Part shown: piece by piece, positions 8,965-18,922 of the stretch
How positions within the stretch are numbered: the stretch's first letter is position 1
Layout: each line of letters begins with the position of its first letter
NCBI RefSeq assembly: GCF_000010065.1
Contig: NC_006576.1
Span: 1,530,001 to 1,562,000 of the forward strand
Direction of reading: 5' to 3'
Origin: Synechococcus elongatus PCC 6301
Lineage (GTDB): Bacteria; Cyanobacteriota; Cyanobacteriia; Synechococcales; Synechococcaceae
Length of the DNA stretch: 32,000 nucleotides
The notes under the pieces: model-generated
Database searches by the model: none
Told to the model about the DNA's origin: nothing
Seen by the model: the letters and a program-made list of their open reading frames with translations, nothing else
Made by a program: the position numbers and the translations under genes

Positions 8965-9666
8965 CTAAGCGGCGATCGCAGGTTCTTCTACCCAAGCAGT
9001 GGCGATCGCTTGATTGCAGTCTTCAATGCTGGCCTCTGCAGCCATCGCCGCCACCAAAGCATCGTAGGCGGGACGTTGTTGCTCCAGTAAAGTCTTCGCC
9101 CGTAACAATCCCCAGCGACTGCGTAAATCCGCTTCGGCAGGATTGCGATCGAGTTGCCGCCACAGTTGTTTCCACTGGGCGCGATCGTCAGCTCCCCCTT
9201 CCACGTTGCCGTAGACCAGTTGCTCTGCCGCTGCACCGGCCATCAACACCTGACACCACTGTTCCAGCGATCGCTGACTGAGTTGCCCCTGTGCGGCTTC
9301 GGCTTCTAGCGCAGCTGCTTGGAACTGCACACCCCCGCGACCAGGTTGTCCTTGGCGCAGCGCTTCCCACGCTGAGAGGGTGTAGCCCGTCACGGGTAAC
9401 CCCAGCGCGGTTGCTACCAAGTAGTGACCCGCTTCGTGATGCAAAATCCGCTGACGATATTCGGGCGATCGCTGCTGAATGCCATCGAGCAGTAACGTGG
9501 CACCCCGCCCCTGCCAAGTCACCGCATCCAGACTGAACAGCACCAAGAGGCTAAAACCCAATCCCGCCGGTAGCAGCGGAGAACTACCCAGCATTGGTCC
9601 CACCAAAGCTAATGCCGTCGTGGTAAAAATCGCGATCGCCGTCAGACTCAAGCCCAGTTCGCTCAT
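8965..9666 (-). CDS. membrane-anchored FtsH/M41-like zinc metalloprotease-domain protein lacking an AAA module
   Basis: Two N-terminal hydrophobic segments, then ILHHEAGHYLVATALGLPVTGYTL and later AAAEQLVYG, as in FtsH-type protease domains. Confidence 0.7.
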   Translation of the reverse strand: MSELGLSLTAIAIFTTTALALVGPMLGSSPLLPAGLGFSLLVLFSLDAVTWQGRGATLLLDGIQQRSPEYRQRILHHEAGHYLVATALGLPVTGYTLSAWEALRQGQPGRGGVQFQAAALEAEAAQGQLSQRSLEQWCQVLMAGAAAEQLVYGNVEGGADDRAQWKQLWRQLDRNPAEADLRSRWGLLRAKTLLEQQRPAYDALVAAMAAEASIEDCNQAIATAWVEEPAIAA

Positions 9667-9860
9667 GCTTCCTCATCTAGGTCACAGTCTTCGGCGATCG
9701 CATCGATCTGATGCTGCAGCAAGCGTTTTCCATACCGGCGATCGCGCCGTCGCCCTTTCGCTGCCGTGGCCCGCTTACGAGCTCGTTTATCGACCACGAT
9801 CGCATCCAAATCCGCGATCGCTTCCCAGTCCGGCAATTCAGTCTGGGGCGTCCGTTTCAT
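9663..9860 (-). CDS. hypothetical basic small protein (65 aa)
   Basis: ORF overlaps the downstream 9666 start by ATGA (TCAT at 9663-9666 on + strand), suggesting an operon. Confidence 0.5.
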   Translation of the reverse strand: MKRTPQTELPDWEAIADLDAIVVDKRARKRATAAKGRRRDRRYGKRLLQHQIDAIAEDCDLDEEA

Positions 9861-9869
9861 TAATCCTGA

Positions 9870-11651
9870 TCAGGCACGAAATTGCTGTGCGTAGTATCGC
9901 GCATAGCGGCCAGCCTCTGCCAACAGCGCATCGTGATTGCCTGCCTCAACAATCTGGCCGCGCTCCATCACCAAGATGCGGCTGGCATTACGAACCGTAG
10001 CCAGACGGTGAGCAATGATAAAGACCGTCCGTCCCTGCATCACCCGTTCTAGGGCCTCTTGCACCAAGGTTTCGGACTCGGAATCAAGCGCCGAAGTCGC
10101 CTCATCCAGAATTAAAATGCGTGGATCCAGCAAGACCGCGCGGGCGATCGCCAGCCGCTGCCGCTGACCGCCGGAGAGGTTGACGCCGCGCTCTCCCACC
10201 CATGTGTCATAGCCATCGGGCATTTGGCTGATGAATTGATGGGCGTTGGCAATGCGTGCGGCTTCTTCCACGGCAGCGCGATCGAACTGCCTCTGACCAA
10301 AGGCAATGTTCTGGGCAATCGTGCCGGAGAACAGGATTGTCTCTTGGGGGACGATACCGATCTGTCGCCGCAGACTGCCGAGGGTGACACTGCGAATGGG
10401 AATGCCATCCACCAAAATTTCGCCATCCTGCGGGTCGTAGAAACGCGGGATCAGATTGACGAGGGTTGATTTGCCCGCACCTGAAGCCCCAACCAAGGCA
10501 ACCGCTTCACCTGGTTCGACCGTCAGATTGAGTTGGCGCAACACCGGCGCACTGTCGCTGCGATAGCTGAAGCTCACCTGTCGGAATTCCACCTTGCCGG
10601 TAATCGGCGGCAGCATCCGTGACTGGGGATCCTCTTGAACCGCAGGCTCAATGCTCAGCAGTTCATCAATGCGATCAAGGGAAGCCTGCCCCTGCTTGAA
10701 CTCGTTGAAGTTATCGATCAGGTGGACGATCGGGTCAATTAACATGGCGATCGCTGCCACATAGCTGCCCAAATTTGGCCCGTTGAGCTGGCCCGTGGAA
10801 ATCTGCCAACTGCCCAGCACGACAATGAAGAGAATGCTAGCGGCCTGCAGAAAGCCAATGACGGGATATTGAATGGCCCGCAGCCAAGCCGTGCGATAGC
10901 GGGCCTCACGGTTACGCTCGGCCTCGCGGCTGAAGCGCTCGATTTCGTAGGGTTCCGCAGCAAAGGCCCGCACCAGACGAATGCCGCTAAAGACTTCCGT
11001 TAGCAGAGAAGATAAGTTTGAGATCCGCGACTGACTGCGCCGCGGAAACACCAACATTTGCTGCCCAAACCAGCCGACCAAGAAACCCATGATCGGCGCA
11101 ATCACTAGGATCGCCAGCGTCAGCGTCCAGTTCAGATAGATCATGTAGCTGAGCACGACGATCAGCTGCAGGATCGAGGGTGTCGCATCGTGAAAGACCT
11201 TATTGACGACTTCCCCAACGCGATCGATGTCCTCGGTCATCCGGTAGGTGAGGTCGCCAGTTTTGGCCTTCTCGAAGTAGCTGAGGCTCAGGCTTTGGAT
11301 GTGTCGATAGGTATTGACCCGCAGGTTGTAGGCGATCTGAAGCGCCGCCTTCGCCATTAAGGAGTCTTGTCCATACTGAGCAGCTTTATGGATGAGGAAG
11401 CCGACGATCGTGATCGCTGCCAGCCGTGCCAGTTCCCATACTTTTCCCTGTACCAGCAGATTGACCATCTGGCCTGCCAAGAAAGCCAAGATCGGCCAAA
11501 ATGCCGTGAAGACCAGCGTACAGAGCAAGGCCTGAACAATGGTCTTCGTTTGGGGCCGCAGATAAGGCCAAAGGAGGTTGTAGCTGGCGTGCTTCTGCAA
11601 GGAGGTTGAGGAGAACACGGGGTCACGTCTCAACCTATCAGACCTCGGCAC
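9870..11651 (-). CDS. ABC transporter, fused permease and ATP-binding protein (MsbA-like)
   Basis: TM domain then Walker A GASGAGKST, signature NLSGGQRQRLAIARA, Walker B ILILDEATSALD. Upstream in-frame alternative starts are possible. Confidence 0.93.
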   Translation of the reverse strand: MPRSDRLRRDPVFSSTSLQKHASYNLLWPYLRPQTKTIVQALLCTLVFTAFWPILAFLAGQMVNLLVQGKVWELARLAAITIVGFLIHKAAQYGQDSLMAKAALQIAYNLRVNTYRHIQSLSLSYFEKAKTGDLTYRMTEDIDRVGEVVNKVFHDATPSILQLIVVLSYMIYLNWTLTLAILVIAPIMGFLVGWFGQQMLVFPRRSQSRISNLSSLLTEVFSGIRLVRAFAAEPYEIERFSREAERNREARYRTAWLRAIQYPVIGFLQAASILFIVVLGSWQISTGQLNGPNLGSYVAAIAMLIDPIVHLIDNFNEFKQGQASLDRIDELLSIEPAVQEDPQSRMLPPITGKVEFRQVSFSYRSDSAPVLRQLNLTVEPGEAVALVGASGAGKSTLVNLIPRFYDPQDGEILVDGIPIRSVTLGSLRRQIGIVPQETILFSGTIAQNIAFGQRQFDRAAVEEAARIANAHQFISQMPDGYDTWVGERGVNLSGGQRQRLAIARAVLLDPRILILDEATSALDSESETLVQEALERVMQGRTVFIIAHRLATVRNASRILVMERGQIVEAGNHDALLAEAGRYARYYAQQFRA

Positions 11652-11686
11652 TCTAGGATGGAAGCGATCGCACTTGAATCAAGCCT

Positions 11687-11896
11687 GTGGGCACGGAAAC
11701 CGCGACAATTCGCCTCGATCAGTTTCTGAAATGGATGGGAGCCGCCCAAACGGGGGGCGAAGCCAAACTTTACATCCAAGACGGCCAAGTTGAGGTCAGT
11801 GGCATGGTAGAAACTCGCCGAGGCCGTCAACTACGGGAGGGCGATCGCGTTAATTTTGCCGGTCAGGTCTTCTTGGTACCACCACTCCCCCACTAG
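11687..11896 (+). CDS. S4-domain RNA-binding protein (YbcJ/YlmH-type)
   Basis: IRLDQFLKWMGAAQTGGEAKLYIQDGQVEVSGMVETRRGRQLREGD. Confidence 0.85.
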   Translation: MGTETATIRLDQFLKWMGAAQTGGEAKLYIQDGQVEVSGMVETRRGRQLREGDRVNFAGQVFLVPPLPH

Positions 11897-12011
11897 CACG
11901 CAGCAATCGCTCGAGGGCGCGGCCTAGGATGAAGGGACTCTCAGCCCCGAGTCGACCGACCAAGGTGGCTCTGGCTTCGAGCTGAGACCGCAGCCCTCCA
12001 ACTGGGATCCT

Positions 12012-13235
12012 ATGAGCGTCGATTGGTCTGAAAGCCTCTCAATGGCGGTCAAAACTCTGCGAGCCAATCGGCTGCGCAGCGCTCTGACCATGCTGGGCAT
12101 CATCATCGGCAACGCCTCGGTGATCACGATGGTGGGTGTTGGGCAAGGGGCACAACGCCTAGCATCAGAGCAATTCGAGTCCTTGGGGCCGAATGTACTG
12201 TTCATCGTGCCGGGCAACCAAGATACGCGGCGCGGCGGCTTGGATATTCCCAAAACCTTGGTTTTGGCTGATGCCGTGGCGATCGCGACTCAAGTACCAA
12301 CCGCCGGCGAAGTCGCCCCCCAAGTCAGTACCCGCCAGTTGGTGACCTACCAAGGCGAATCGAGCACCACCCAAGTCTTTGGCGTGACGCCTAGCTTCTT
12401 GACGGTGCGGAGTTTTAGCGTGGCGCGGGGCCGCTTCTTTAGTGATCTCGATCTCAGTCGGGCGGAACAGGTCGCCGTTCTGGGGAGCGACCTAGCGATA
12501 AAGCTGTTTGGCGTCCAAAATCCCGTCGGGGCCAGCATCCGCATCAAGGGAGCCTCCTTCCGCGTCATTGGCGTGATGGAACCCAAGGGTAGCTTTTTGG
12601 GCAATAACCAAGATGATGCGGTCTACTTGCCCTTGACCACGGTTTCCAGTCGCATTCTCGGCACCACTTCGCCCTACGGCATTGAAGTCAGCTTTATCTC
12701 CGTCGCGGCCAAGGATGCCAACAGCATTGATGCGGCACAGTTTCAAATCACCAACCTGCTACGGCAGCGGCACCGGATTATCCGCGAGGATGATTTTGAG
12801 GTGCGATCGCAAAAGGATGTCTTGACGATTGTGGGCACCGTCACCAATGGCCTCACCCTGATGCTGTCTGCGATCGCCGGTATTTCCCTGTTGGTCGGCG
12901 GCATCGGCATCATGAACATCATGCTGGTCTCCGTCTCGGAGCGCACCCAAGAAATTGGCCTGCGCAAAGCGATCGGGGCGACCCAAAAAGACATCCTCAA
13001 TCAGTTCATGATCGAGGCCGTGATTTTGGCCCTGCTAGGCGGTGCGATCGGCACTGGGTTGGGCATTACTGGCGTCACTGCGATCGCCCTACTTACCCCG
13101 CTCAAAGCCGGCGTTTCTCCCGTGGCGATCGCGATCACCGTCACGATTTCCAGCGGTATCGGCCTGTTCTTCGGCGTCGTGCCAGCCCGCCAAGCCGCAC
13201 GTCTCGACCCGATCGTGGCGCTACGCAGCGCCTAG
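12012..13235 (+). CDS. ABC transporter permease, MacB/FtsX-type
   Basis: MAVKTLRANRLRSALTMLGIIIGNASVITMVGVGQGA; C-terminal GGIGIMNIMLVSVSERTQEIGLRKAIGAT. Confidence 0.9.
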   Translation: MSVDWSESLSMAVKTLRANRLRSALTMLGIIIGNASVITMVGVGQGAQRLASEQFESLGPNVLFIVPGNQDTRRGGLDIPKTLVLADAVAIATQVPTAGEVAPQVSTRQLVTYQGESSTTQVFGVTPSFLTVRSFSVARGRFFSDLDLSRAEQVAVLGSDLAIKLFGVQNPVGASIRIKGASFRVIGVMEPKGSFLGNNQDDAVYLPLTTVSSRILGTTSPYGIEVSFISVAAKDANSIDAAQFQITNLLRQRHRIIREDDFEVRSQKDVLTIVGTVTNGLTLMLSAIAGISLLVGGIGIMNIMLVSVSERTQEIGLRKAIGATQKDILNQFMIEAVILALLGGAIGTGLGITGVTAIALLTPLKAGVSPVAIAITVTISSGIGLFFGVVPARQAARLDPIVALRSA

Positions 13236-13298
13236 GGCGGTGGCATTCCTCGGCAGAAGGCGAGACAATGGCAGCAGCGATCGCTCGGTTCTCTGAAA

Positions 13299-13745
13299 AT
13301 GAACAGCTGCATTTTGCAAGCCACCGTGGTGGAAGCCCCGCAACTGCGCTACACCCAAGATAATCAGACCCCCGTTGCAGAAATGGTCGTGCAGTTTCCG
13401 GGGCTTAGCAGCAAAGATGCCCCCGCTCGGCTGAAAGTTGTCGGTTGGGGTGCGGTGGCGCAAGAGCTGCAAGATCGCTGTCGGCTCAATGACGAAGTCG
13501 TGCTCGAAGGGCGCTTGCGGATCAACTCCTTGCTCAAACCCGACGGCAATCGCGAGAAGCAGACAGAATTGACAGTGACTCGGGTGCACCATCTCACTCT
13601 CGATAGCGCCACCGGCATTCTGGCTCAAGAGGAGTCAGAGGTGAGCTATGGCCGCAGCGCTGCTGCTTCAGCGCCCGTCAAAGCGAGTCCAGTTGTGACC
13701 CCAACTGCAGCACCCGACGTAGACTACGACGATATTCCTTTCTAG
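13299..13745 (+). CDS. ssb: single-stranded DNA-binding protein
   Basis: OB-fold pattern MNSCILQATVVEAPQLRYTQDNQTPVAEMVVQF...LKVVGWGAVAQELQ...VVLEGRL, acidic C-terminal DVDYDDIPF tail. Confidence 0.8.
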   Translation: MNSCILQATVVEAPQLRYTQDNQTPVAEMVVQFPGLSSKDAPARLKVVGWGAVAQELQDRCRLNDEVVLEGRLRINSLLKPDGNREKQTELTVTRVHHLTLDSATGILAQEESEVSYGRSAAASAPVKASPVVTPTAAPDVDYDDIPF

Positions 13746-13801
13746 ATCGCTCCAGTCTGAGCCCATCGTCAGCGATCGCTCAGAGCTCAGCCCGATCGTG
13801 G

Positions 13802-14269
13802 TTGTCGTCTGCAACTTTCATGGCACAGTATCAGCAAATTCTGCAGCTTCAGAGCCAAGGCCAAGGCTTCCTCAATATCACTGGGGCGATCGCTCGCATC
13901 GTGCGCGAGTCTCGGATTCAGACGGGCCTCTGTCATCTCTTTACTCGGCACACTTCAGCCAGCCTGATCATTCAAGAAAACGCTGACCCCGATGTACTGC
14001 ACGATCTGGCCGGCTACTTCGAAGCGCTAGTTCCTGAAGCGGGCTACGAATCGTTGGGCGGAAGTCGTCGCTTCCGCGCCTATGCCCACAGCGCCGAAGG
14101 CCCTGATGATATGCCGGCCCACATTCGCACTGTACTAACTCGCACCTCTGAGCAAATTCCGATCGTCGAAGGTCGCTTGGGATTGGGCACTTGGCAAGCT
14201 GTCTATCTCTGGGAGCATCGCGATCGCCCCCACAGCCGCCAAGTGATTGTCCATATCAGCGGCGACTAG
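13802..14269 (+). CDS. YjbQ family / secondary thiamine-phosphate synthase-like protein
   Basis: CHLFTRHTSASLIIQENADPDVLHDL...GLGTWQAVYLWEHRDRPHSRQV. Confidence 0.9.
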   Translation: MSSATFMAQYQQILQLQSQGQGFLNITGAIARIVRESRIQTGLCHLFTRHTSASLIIQENADPDVLHDLAGYFEALVPEAGYESLGGSRRFRAYAHSAEGPDDMPAHIRTVLTRTSEQIPIVEGRLGLGTWQAVYLWEHRDRPHSRQVIVHISGD

Positions 14270-14955
14270 GGCAGCAGCGATCGCAACTGACTAGCGGTCA
14301 CCGGTACGGCAATGACCACCGACAGGGCCGCCGCGATCGGGGCTGCCATCACTTCAATCTCCGCCGCTGTCAGCTCGGATTCTCCCTGCAACACCGCCTG
14401 AAAACGATCAGTAATTGCCGGGTTTAAAGAGGGAAAAGCAGCGATCAACTGACGGTGCAACGCCTGCTCAGTTTTGCCCGACTCGCGGACTTCATCGGCA
14501 ACCAAGGTACGAAGATAGCGGCCAAACCAAGAAATTGGCTGCTCAGGCTGCACCGATCGCACAGAAACATGTTGACCTTCGAGGGCGCTAGCCAACTTCT
14601 GAAGCTGAAGTTGCAAATCCTCGATCAACTCCGAGGGCTGAGTTACATCGCTCTGGTTCTCTTCACCCACCAAGGCTTGATCGAAATCATCCAGCGACAA
14701 GCCACACAGATGAGCAATCTGCCGAATCAGACTCCAGCGAATATCCCAAGGATCAATTTCTGCATTCTCGTACTTATTAATCAGGGTCGGTGAAACACCT
14801 AACAACTGAGATAGTTTCCGTTTTGAAAGGCTGCCAATCGAGAGACCTGTGATCTCAGTTGCTTGCTGATAAGCAGCGGCGCGAAGCTGTTGCAGCAGAT
14901 GGGCAAGACGCAGTGCCCGTTGCGCTGCTTCAGCTTCAAACTCGGTAGGGGCCAT
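14266..14955 (-). CDS. XRE-type helix-turn-helix protein
   Basis: SKRKLSQLLGVSPTLINKYENAEIDPWDIRWSLIRQIAHLCGLSLDDF. Confidence 0.75.
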   Translation of the reverse strand: MAPTEFEAEAAQRALRLAHLLQQLRAAAYQQATEITGLSIGSLSKRKLSQLLGVSPTLINKYENAEIDPWDIRWSLIRQIAHLCGLSLDDFDQALVGEENQSDVTQPSELIEDLQLQLQKLASALEGQHVSVRSVQPEQPISWFGRYLRTLVADEVRESGKTEQALHRQLIAAFPSLNPAITDRFQAVLQGESELTAAEIEVMAAPIAAALSVVIAVPVTASQLRSLLP

Positions 14956-15030
14956 TGCTTAGTCTCAGAAGTAACTTCTCTCAGCCTAAGCAGAATAGAA
15001 CCATTTATGGCAAGCCTGCAACTAGGAACG

Positions 15031-15792
15031 TTATTGTTGGGCAGCAAACCAGCGCCTTAGCATTAAAGTTAACTCACCACTGTCTCTTAAGCGACGGATT
15101 TCACGATTGAATCGATCACGGTAGGGCGACCCTTTGGGAAAGGCGATCGCGTAGCGTTCTTGCGTTGCACCATTCAGTTTTTGAACAACAAGCTGAGCAT
15201 TATCTTGGGCGAAAATTGCTGCAACCACAGATTCCACAAGGGCGATATCAACTTCACGTGTTGTTAATGCTTTTAACAAAGCCGTGACATCAACATAACT
15301 TTTAGTTTGCAAAGTTGGATAACGAGTTTTGAGCTGGGCTGCCCGTTGGGCCTGGACCGTCCCTTGGAGATAGCCCAGTCTCAATCCAGACAGATTTTGA
15401 TCGGCCGGCAGCAATCGCGAATTAAGCGTCACTAAGCTGTCTTGGGCTTCGAAATAGGGTTCCGAGAAGTCTACCCGCTGGGCTCGCTCAGGGGTAATTG
15501 AAATCGCCGCGATCGCTAGATCGCCCTGTCCAGCCATCAAATTCGGCAAGAGCTGTTCGAAGGAACCCACCTGAAACTGAATTTTTAACCCTAGATTGCG
15601 GGCGATCGTTTCGGCGAGTTCAATATCAAAGCCGTATACCCCAGGGCGATCGGTAGTTTCTTCGATGCGAAACTCAAAGGGCGGATAGTTATCCGTCGTC
15701 AGGGCGCGGAGCGTTTGCGCTAGGGCTGCAGCACTGTAGCTCAGCCCCAGGCCCAGCGTCAGCAGGCCAGCCGTGAAGGGCGAAAGTCGCAT
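15031..15792 (-). CDS. extracellular substrate-binding protein family 3 (amino-acid-type)
   Basis: Signal peptide, LRALTTDNYPPFEFR...GFDIELAETIARNLGLKIQFQ...GDLAIAAISITPERAQRVDFSEPYF. Confidence 0.9.
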   Translation of the reverse strand: MRLSPFTAGLLTLGLGLSYSAAALAQTLRALTTDNYPPFEFRIEETTDRPGVYGFDIELAETIARNLGLKIQFQVGSFEQLLPNLMAGQGDLAIAAISITPERAQRVDFSEPYFEAQDSLVTLNSRLLPADQNLSGLRLGYLQGTVQAQRAAQLKTRYPTLQTKSYVDVTALLKALTTREVDIALVESVVAAIFAQDNAQLVVQKLNGATQERYAIAFPKGSPYRDRFNREIRRLRDSGELTLMLRRWFAAQQ

Positions 15793-15794
15793 CC

Positions 15795-17120
15795 CTAGGA
15801 CTCCAAGTCAGCGATCTCTTTAACCAAGGCAGCACTCAAAACCTCAGGGCCATCAGCCTGAACGAGCACATCGTCTTCAATACGAATGCCAATACCCCGC
15901 CAGCGCTCCGGCACCTCGGGTTGACCTTCCGCCACCGCGATCGTCGGTGAGATGTACAGTCCCGGTTCAACCGTCACGACATGCCCCGGGGCCAAGGTTG
16001 TCCAGCTGTCGCGGTACTGGTAGGTGCCGACATCATGGACATCCAAACCCAGCCAGTGTCCGGTGCGATGCATGTAAAAGGGGCGATAGGCTCCCGTTTC
16101 GTAGAGTTCTGCCGGATCGCCTTGGAGTAACCCCAGATCCAAAAGGCCCTCGATTAAGGTGCGCACGGCAGCCTCGTGGAAGTTGCCGTAAGGGGCACCC
16201 ACTTGGACTGCCGCGATCGCCTGTTTCTGGGCCTCCAATACGATCGCGTAGAGGGCCCGTTGTTCGTCGCTAAAGCGGCCATTGACAGGAAACGTCCGGG
16301 TCAAATCGGAGTTGTAATAGCCGGTGCTGCAACCCGCATCGATCAGCAGCAGATCACCATCCTGCAGCTGTTGGTTGTTGTCGATGTAGTGGAGGATGCA
16401 GGCATTGGCACCCGTCGCCACAATCGAGGGATAGGCTGCCCCCTGGGCACCCCGCTGCCGGAAGCAGCCTTCGATCGCAGCTTCCACTTCGTATTCCCAG
16501 ACGCCCGGTGCGGCGATCGCCCGTGCCCGATCGTGAGCTTCAACGGCGATCGCGATCGCCTGACGCAGTTGCTCAACTTCCGCCGGACTTTTGACTTGGC
16601 GCAACCCATGCAGCAGCGGCCCCGGATCTGCGATCCCTGTAGGGCCGTAGCCCCGCCGCGGATAGAGCGCTAGTTGCTGCTGGTAGAACTGCAGCATTCG
16701 TTCGTTGAAAGCGCGATCGCGACCGAGGTGGTAGTAGAGACGATCGCCGGTTTCGAGCAGCTTGGGCAGTTCTTTGTCGAGATCCGCGATCGAAAAGACC
16801 GCGTCAGCCCCCAGCTTTTCCTTTGCTCCTTCAACACCGAGCCGGTAACCAACCCAGGTTTCTTGAGCGGGGTCTCGGGGCCGCACGAACAGCACAAATT
16901 TGTGCTCATGGTTGGGCGCCAACACCGCGATCGATTCGGGCTCATCCAGTCCGGTGAGGTAGTAGAAGTCGCTGTCTTGGCGATAGCGATACTCCACATC
17001 GTTGTGCATCACGGCATGGGGAGCACTGCGGAAAACCGCTACTCCAGACCCGATTTTGCTGAGGAGTTGTTCACGGCGTTGAACAAATTCGGAAAGGGCT
17101 ATAGCCACAACAGGACGCAA
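15795..17120 (-). CDS. pepP: Xaa-Pro aminopeptidase (M24, AMP_N domain)
   Basis: YLTGLDEPESIAVL; LLIDAGCSTGYYNSDLTRTFPVNG; HRTGHWLGLDVHDVG; GHVVTVEPGLYI; GIRIEDDVLV. Confidence 0.93.
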   Translation of the reverse strand: MRPVVAIALSEFVQRREQLLSKIGSGVAVFRSAPHAVMHNDVEYRYRQDSDFYYLTGLDEPESIAVLAPNHEHKFVLFVRPRDPAQETWVGYRLGVEGAKEKLGADAVFSIADLDKELPKLLETGDRLYYHLGRDRAFNERMLQFYQQQLALYPRRGYGPTGIADPGPLLHGLRQVKSPAEVEQLRQAIAIAVEAHDRARAIAAPGVWEYEVEAAIEGCFRQRGAQGAAYPSIVATGANACILHYIDNNQQLQDGDLLLIDAGCSTGYYNSDLTRTFPVNGRFSDEQRALYAIVLEAQKQAIAAVQVGAPYGNFHEAAVRTLIEGLLDLGLLQGDPAELYETGAYRPFYMHRTGHWLGLDVHDVGTYQYRDSWTTLAPGHVVTVEPGLYISPTIAVAEGQPEVPERWRGIGIRIEDDVLVQADGPEVLSAALVKEIADLES

Positions 17121-17292
17121 CGGTGCACGGCAGGATTTGACGCCAGCATATCAGAGCCGATTTTGCGTCGTGGAAACTGGTGGATCCAAGGCAACGATCC
17201 CGCGCAGCATCGAAATTTTCGGAATGATGCATCCAATCGCGCTGTTGGTCCGTAACCCCTGTAGTGACCCACTGACTCCTCCGAACAGACCC

Positions 17293-17577
17293 ATGCTGCA
17301 GATTCACCTCCGGAGCTTGAATTACGGAACGGTTGTGATCTCCACCCAGGCGACGGCAACCCAAGCAGCCCCGCTCGAACTGACAGGCCACACCCCAGCC
17401 CGCAAAGTTCTTCAGACTTTGCTGCGACTGATCTTTCCGCAGCTCCAAGCTCGCAGCAGCGAACTGAAGATGATCTGCACGAACAACCCCCTCTTTCAGT
17501 ACTGGTTTCAAGTCGAAGCGATCATCGAAGCGGGGTCAGGCATGACACGGACGGAAGTCCCTTGCCTTTCCCGTTAG
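17293..17577 (+). CDS. conserved hypothetical protein (~94 aa)
   Basis: ORF listed from 17137; internal ATG at 17293 (MLQIHLRSLNYGTVVISTQATATQ) avoids overlap with pepP upstream region and reads protein-like. Confidence 0.55.
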   Translation: MLQIHLRSLNYGTVVISTQATATQAAPLELTGHTPARKVLQTLLRLIFPQLQARSSELKMICTNNPLFQYWFQVEAIIEAGSGMTRTEVPCLSR

Positions 17578-17686
17578 ACGATTGGCCCATCTTCCCAATG
17601 GTTGCAATTGGCGATCGCGGCTTCGAAAAGCTGCGGGCGATCGAGCGAAGCCGCTAATCTGAAAAAGCGTCTCTGCAGCATCATCG

Positions 17687-18883
17687 ATGGACACAAAAGC
17701 TTTTAAGCGGGCCTTGCACCAGTCCGATCGCTATAACCGCAAAGGCTTTGGCAAAACCACCGATGTCTCGGGCGCTCTTGAGTCGGCCTATCAAAGCGAC
17801 TTGATTCAAAGCTTGCGCCAGAATGGCTACCGTCTGCAGCGTGGCGAAATCACCATTCGCCTCGCCGAAGCTTTTGGCTTTTGCTGGGGCGTAGAGCGAG
17901 CCGTCGCGATCGCCTACGAAACGCGTCAGCACTTTCCCCAAGAGCGGATCTGGATTACCAACGAGATCATCCACAATCCCTCGGTCAACCAGCATCTACG
18001 CGAGATGAGCGTCGAGTTTATTCCCTGTGAGCGGGGCGAGAAGGATTTTTCCGTCGTCGATCGCGGTGATGTCGTGATTCTGCCGGCCTTTGGGGCCAGC
18101 GTGCAGGAAATGCAGCTGCTCGATGAGAAAGGCTGCCATATCGTCGACACCACCTGCCCTTGGGTTTCCAAGGTCTGGAACACCGTCGAAAAACATAAGC
18201 GCGGTGCTCACACTTCAATCATTCACGGCAAGTACAACCACGAAGAGACGGTCGCCACCAGCTCCTTTGCCGAAACTTATCTGGTTGTGCTGAATCTGGA
18301 GCAAGCGCAGTACGTCTGCGACTACATCCTTAACGGTGGCGATCGCGACGAGTTTATGACGCGCTTTGGCAAGGCTTGCTCGGCCGGTTTTGACCCCGAT
18401 CGCGATCTGGAGCGGATCGGCATTGCCAACCAGACAACGATGTTGAAGAGCGAAACCGAAGCAATCGGCAAACTATTTGAACGGACGCTGCTGAAGAAGT
18501 ACGGCCCCCAAGCGCTCAACGATCACTTTTTGGCCTTCAACACCATCTGCGATGCCACCCAAGAGCGCCAAGACGCGATGTTCCAACTGGTTGAGGAACC
18601 GCTGGATTTGATCGTGGTGATCGGTGGCTTTAACTCCTCCAACACCACTCACTTGCAAGAAATTGCGATCGAGCGCCAGATTCCCTCCTTCCATATCGAC
18701 GCGGCAGAACGGATTGGCCCCGGCAACCGGATCGAGCACAAACCGCTCCACACGGACCTGACCACGACAGAGCCCTGGCTACCGGCGGGCCCGCTGACCA
18801 TTGGCATCACCTCCGGGGCTTCAACCCCCGACAAAGTGGTGGAGGACGTGATTGAGCGACTCTTTGATCTGCAGCGGTCCTAG
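17687..18883 (+). CDS. ispH: 4-hydroxy-3-methylbut-2-enyl diphosphate reductase
   Basis: [22 protein letters not shown]; [17 protein letters not shown]; [14 protein letters not shown]; [17 protein letters not shown]; [20 protein letters not shown]. Confidence 0.97.
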
Positions 18884-18922
18884 CTTTTGGCTTCCCCTGC
18901 TGCCAGCTCTTGCCTAGAGTGA

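Noticed and set aside
9479-10000. 173-aa plus ORF opposite the FtsH-like and ABC genes
   Set aside because: Crosses two supported minus-strand genes and has simple Ser/Pro/Arg-rich composition.
16176-17255. Long plus-strand ORFs (165 aa and 193 aa) opposite pepP
   Set aside because: pepP is unambiguous by M24 motifs; the plus frames are shadows and contain no domain signature.
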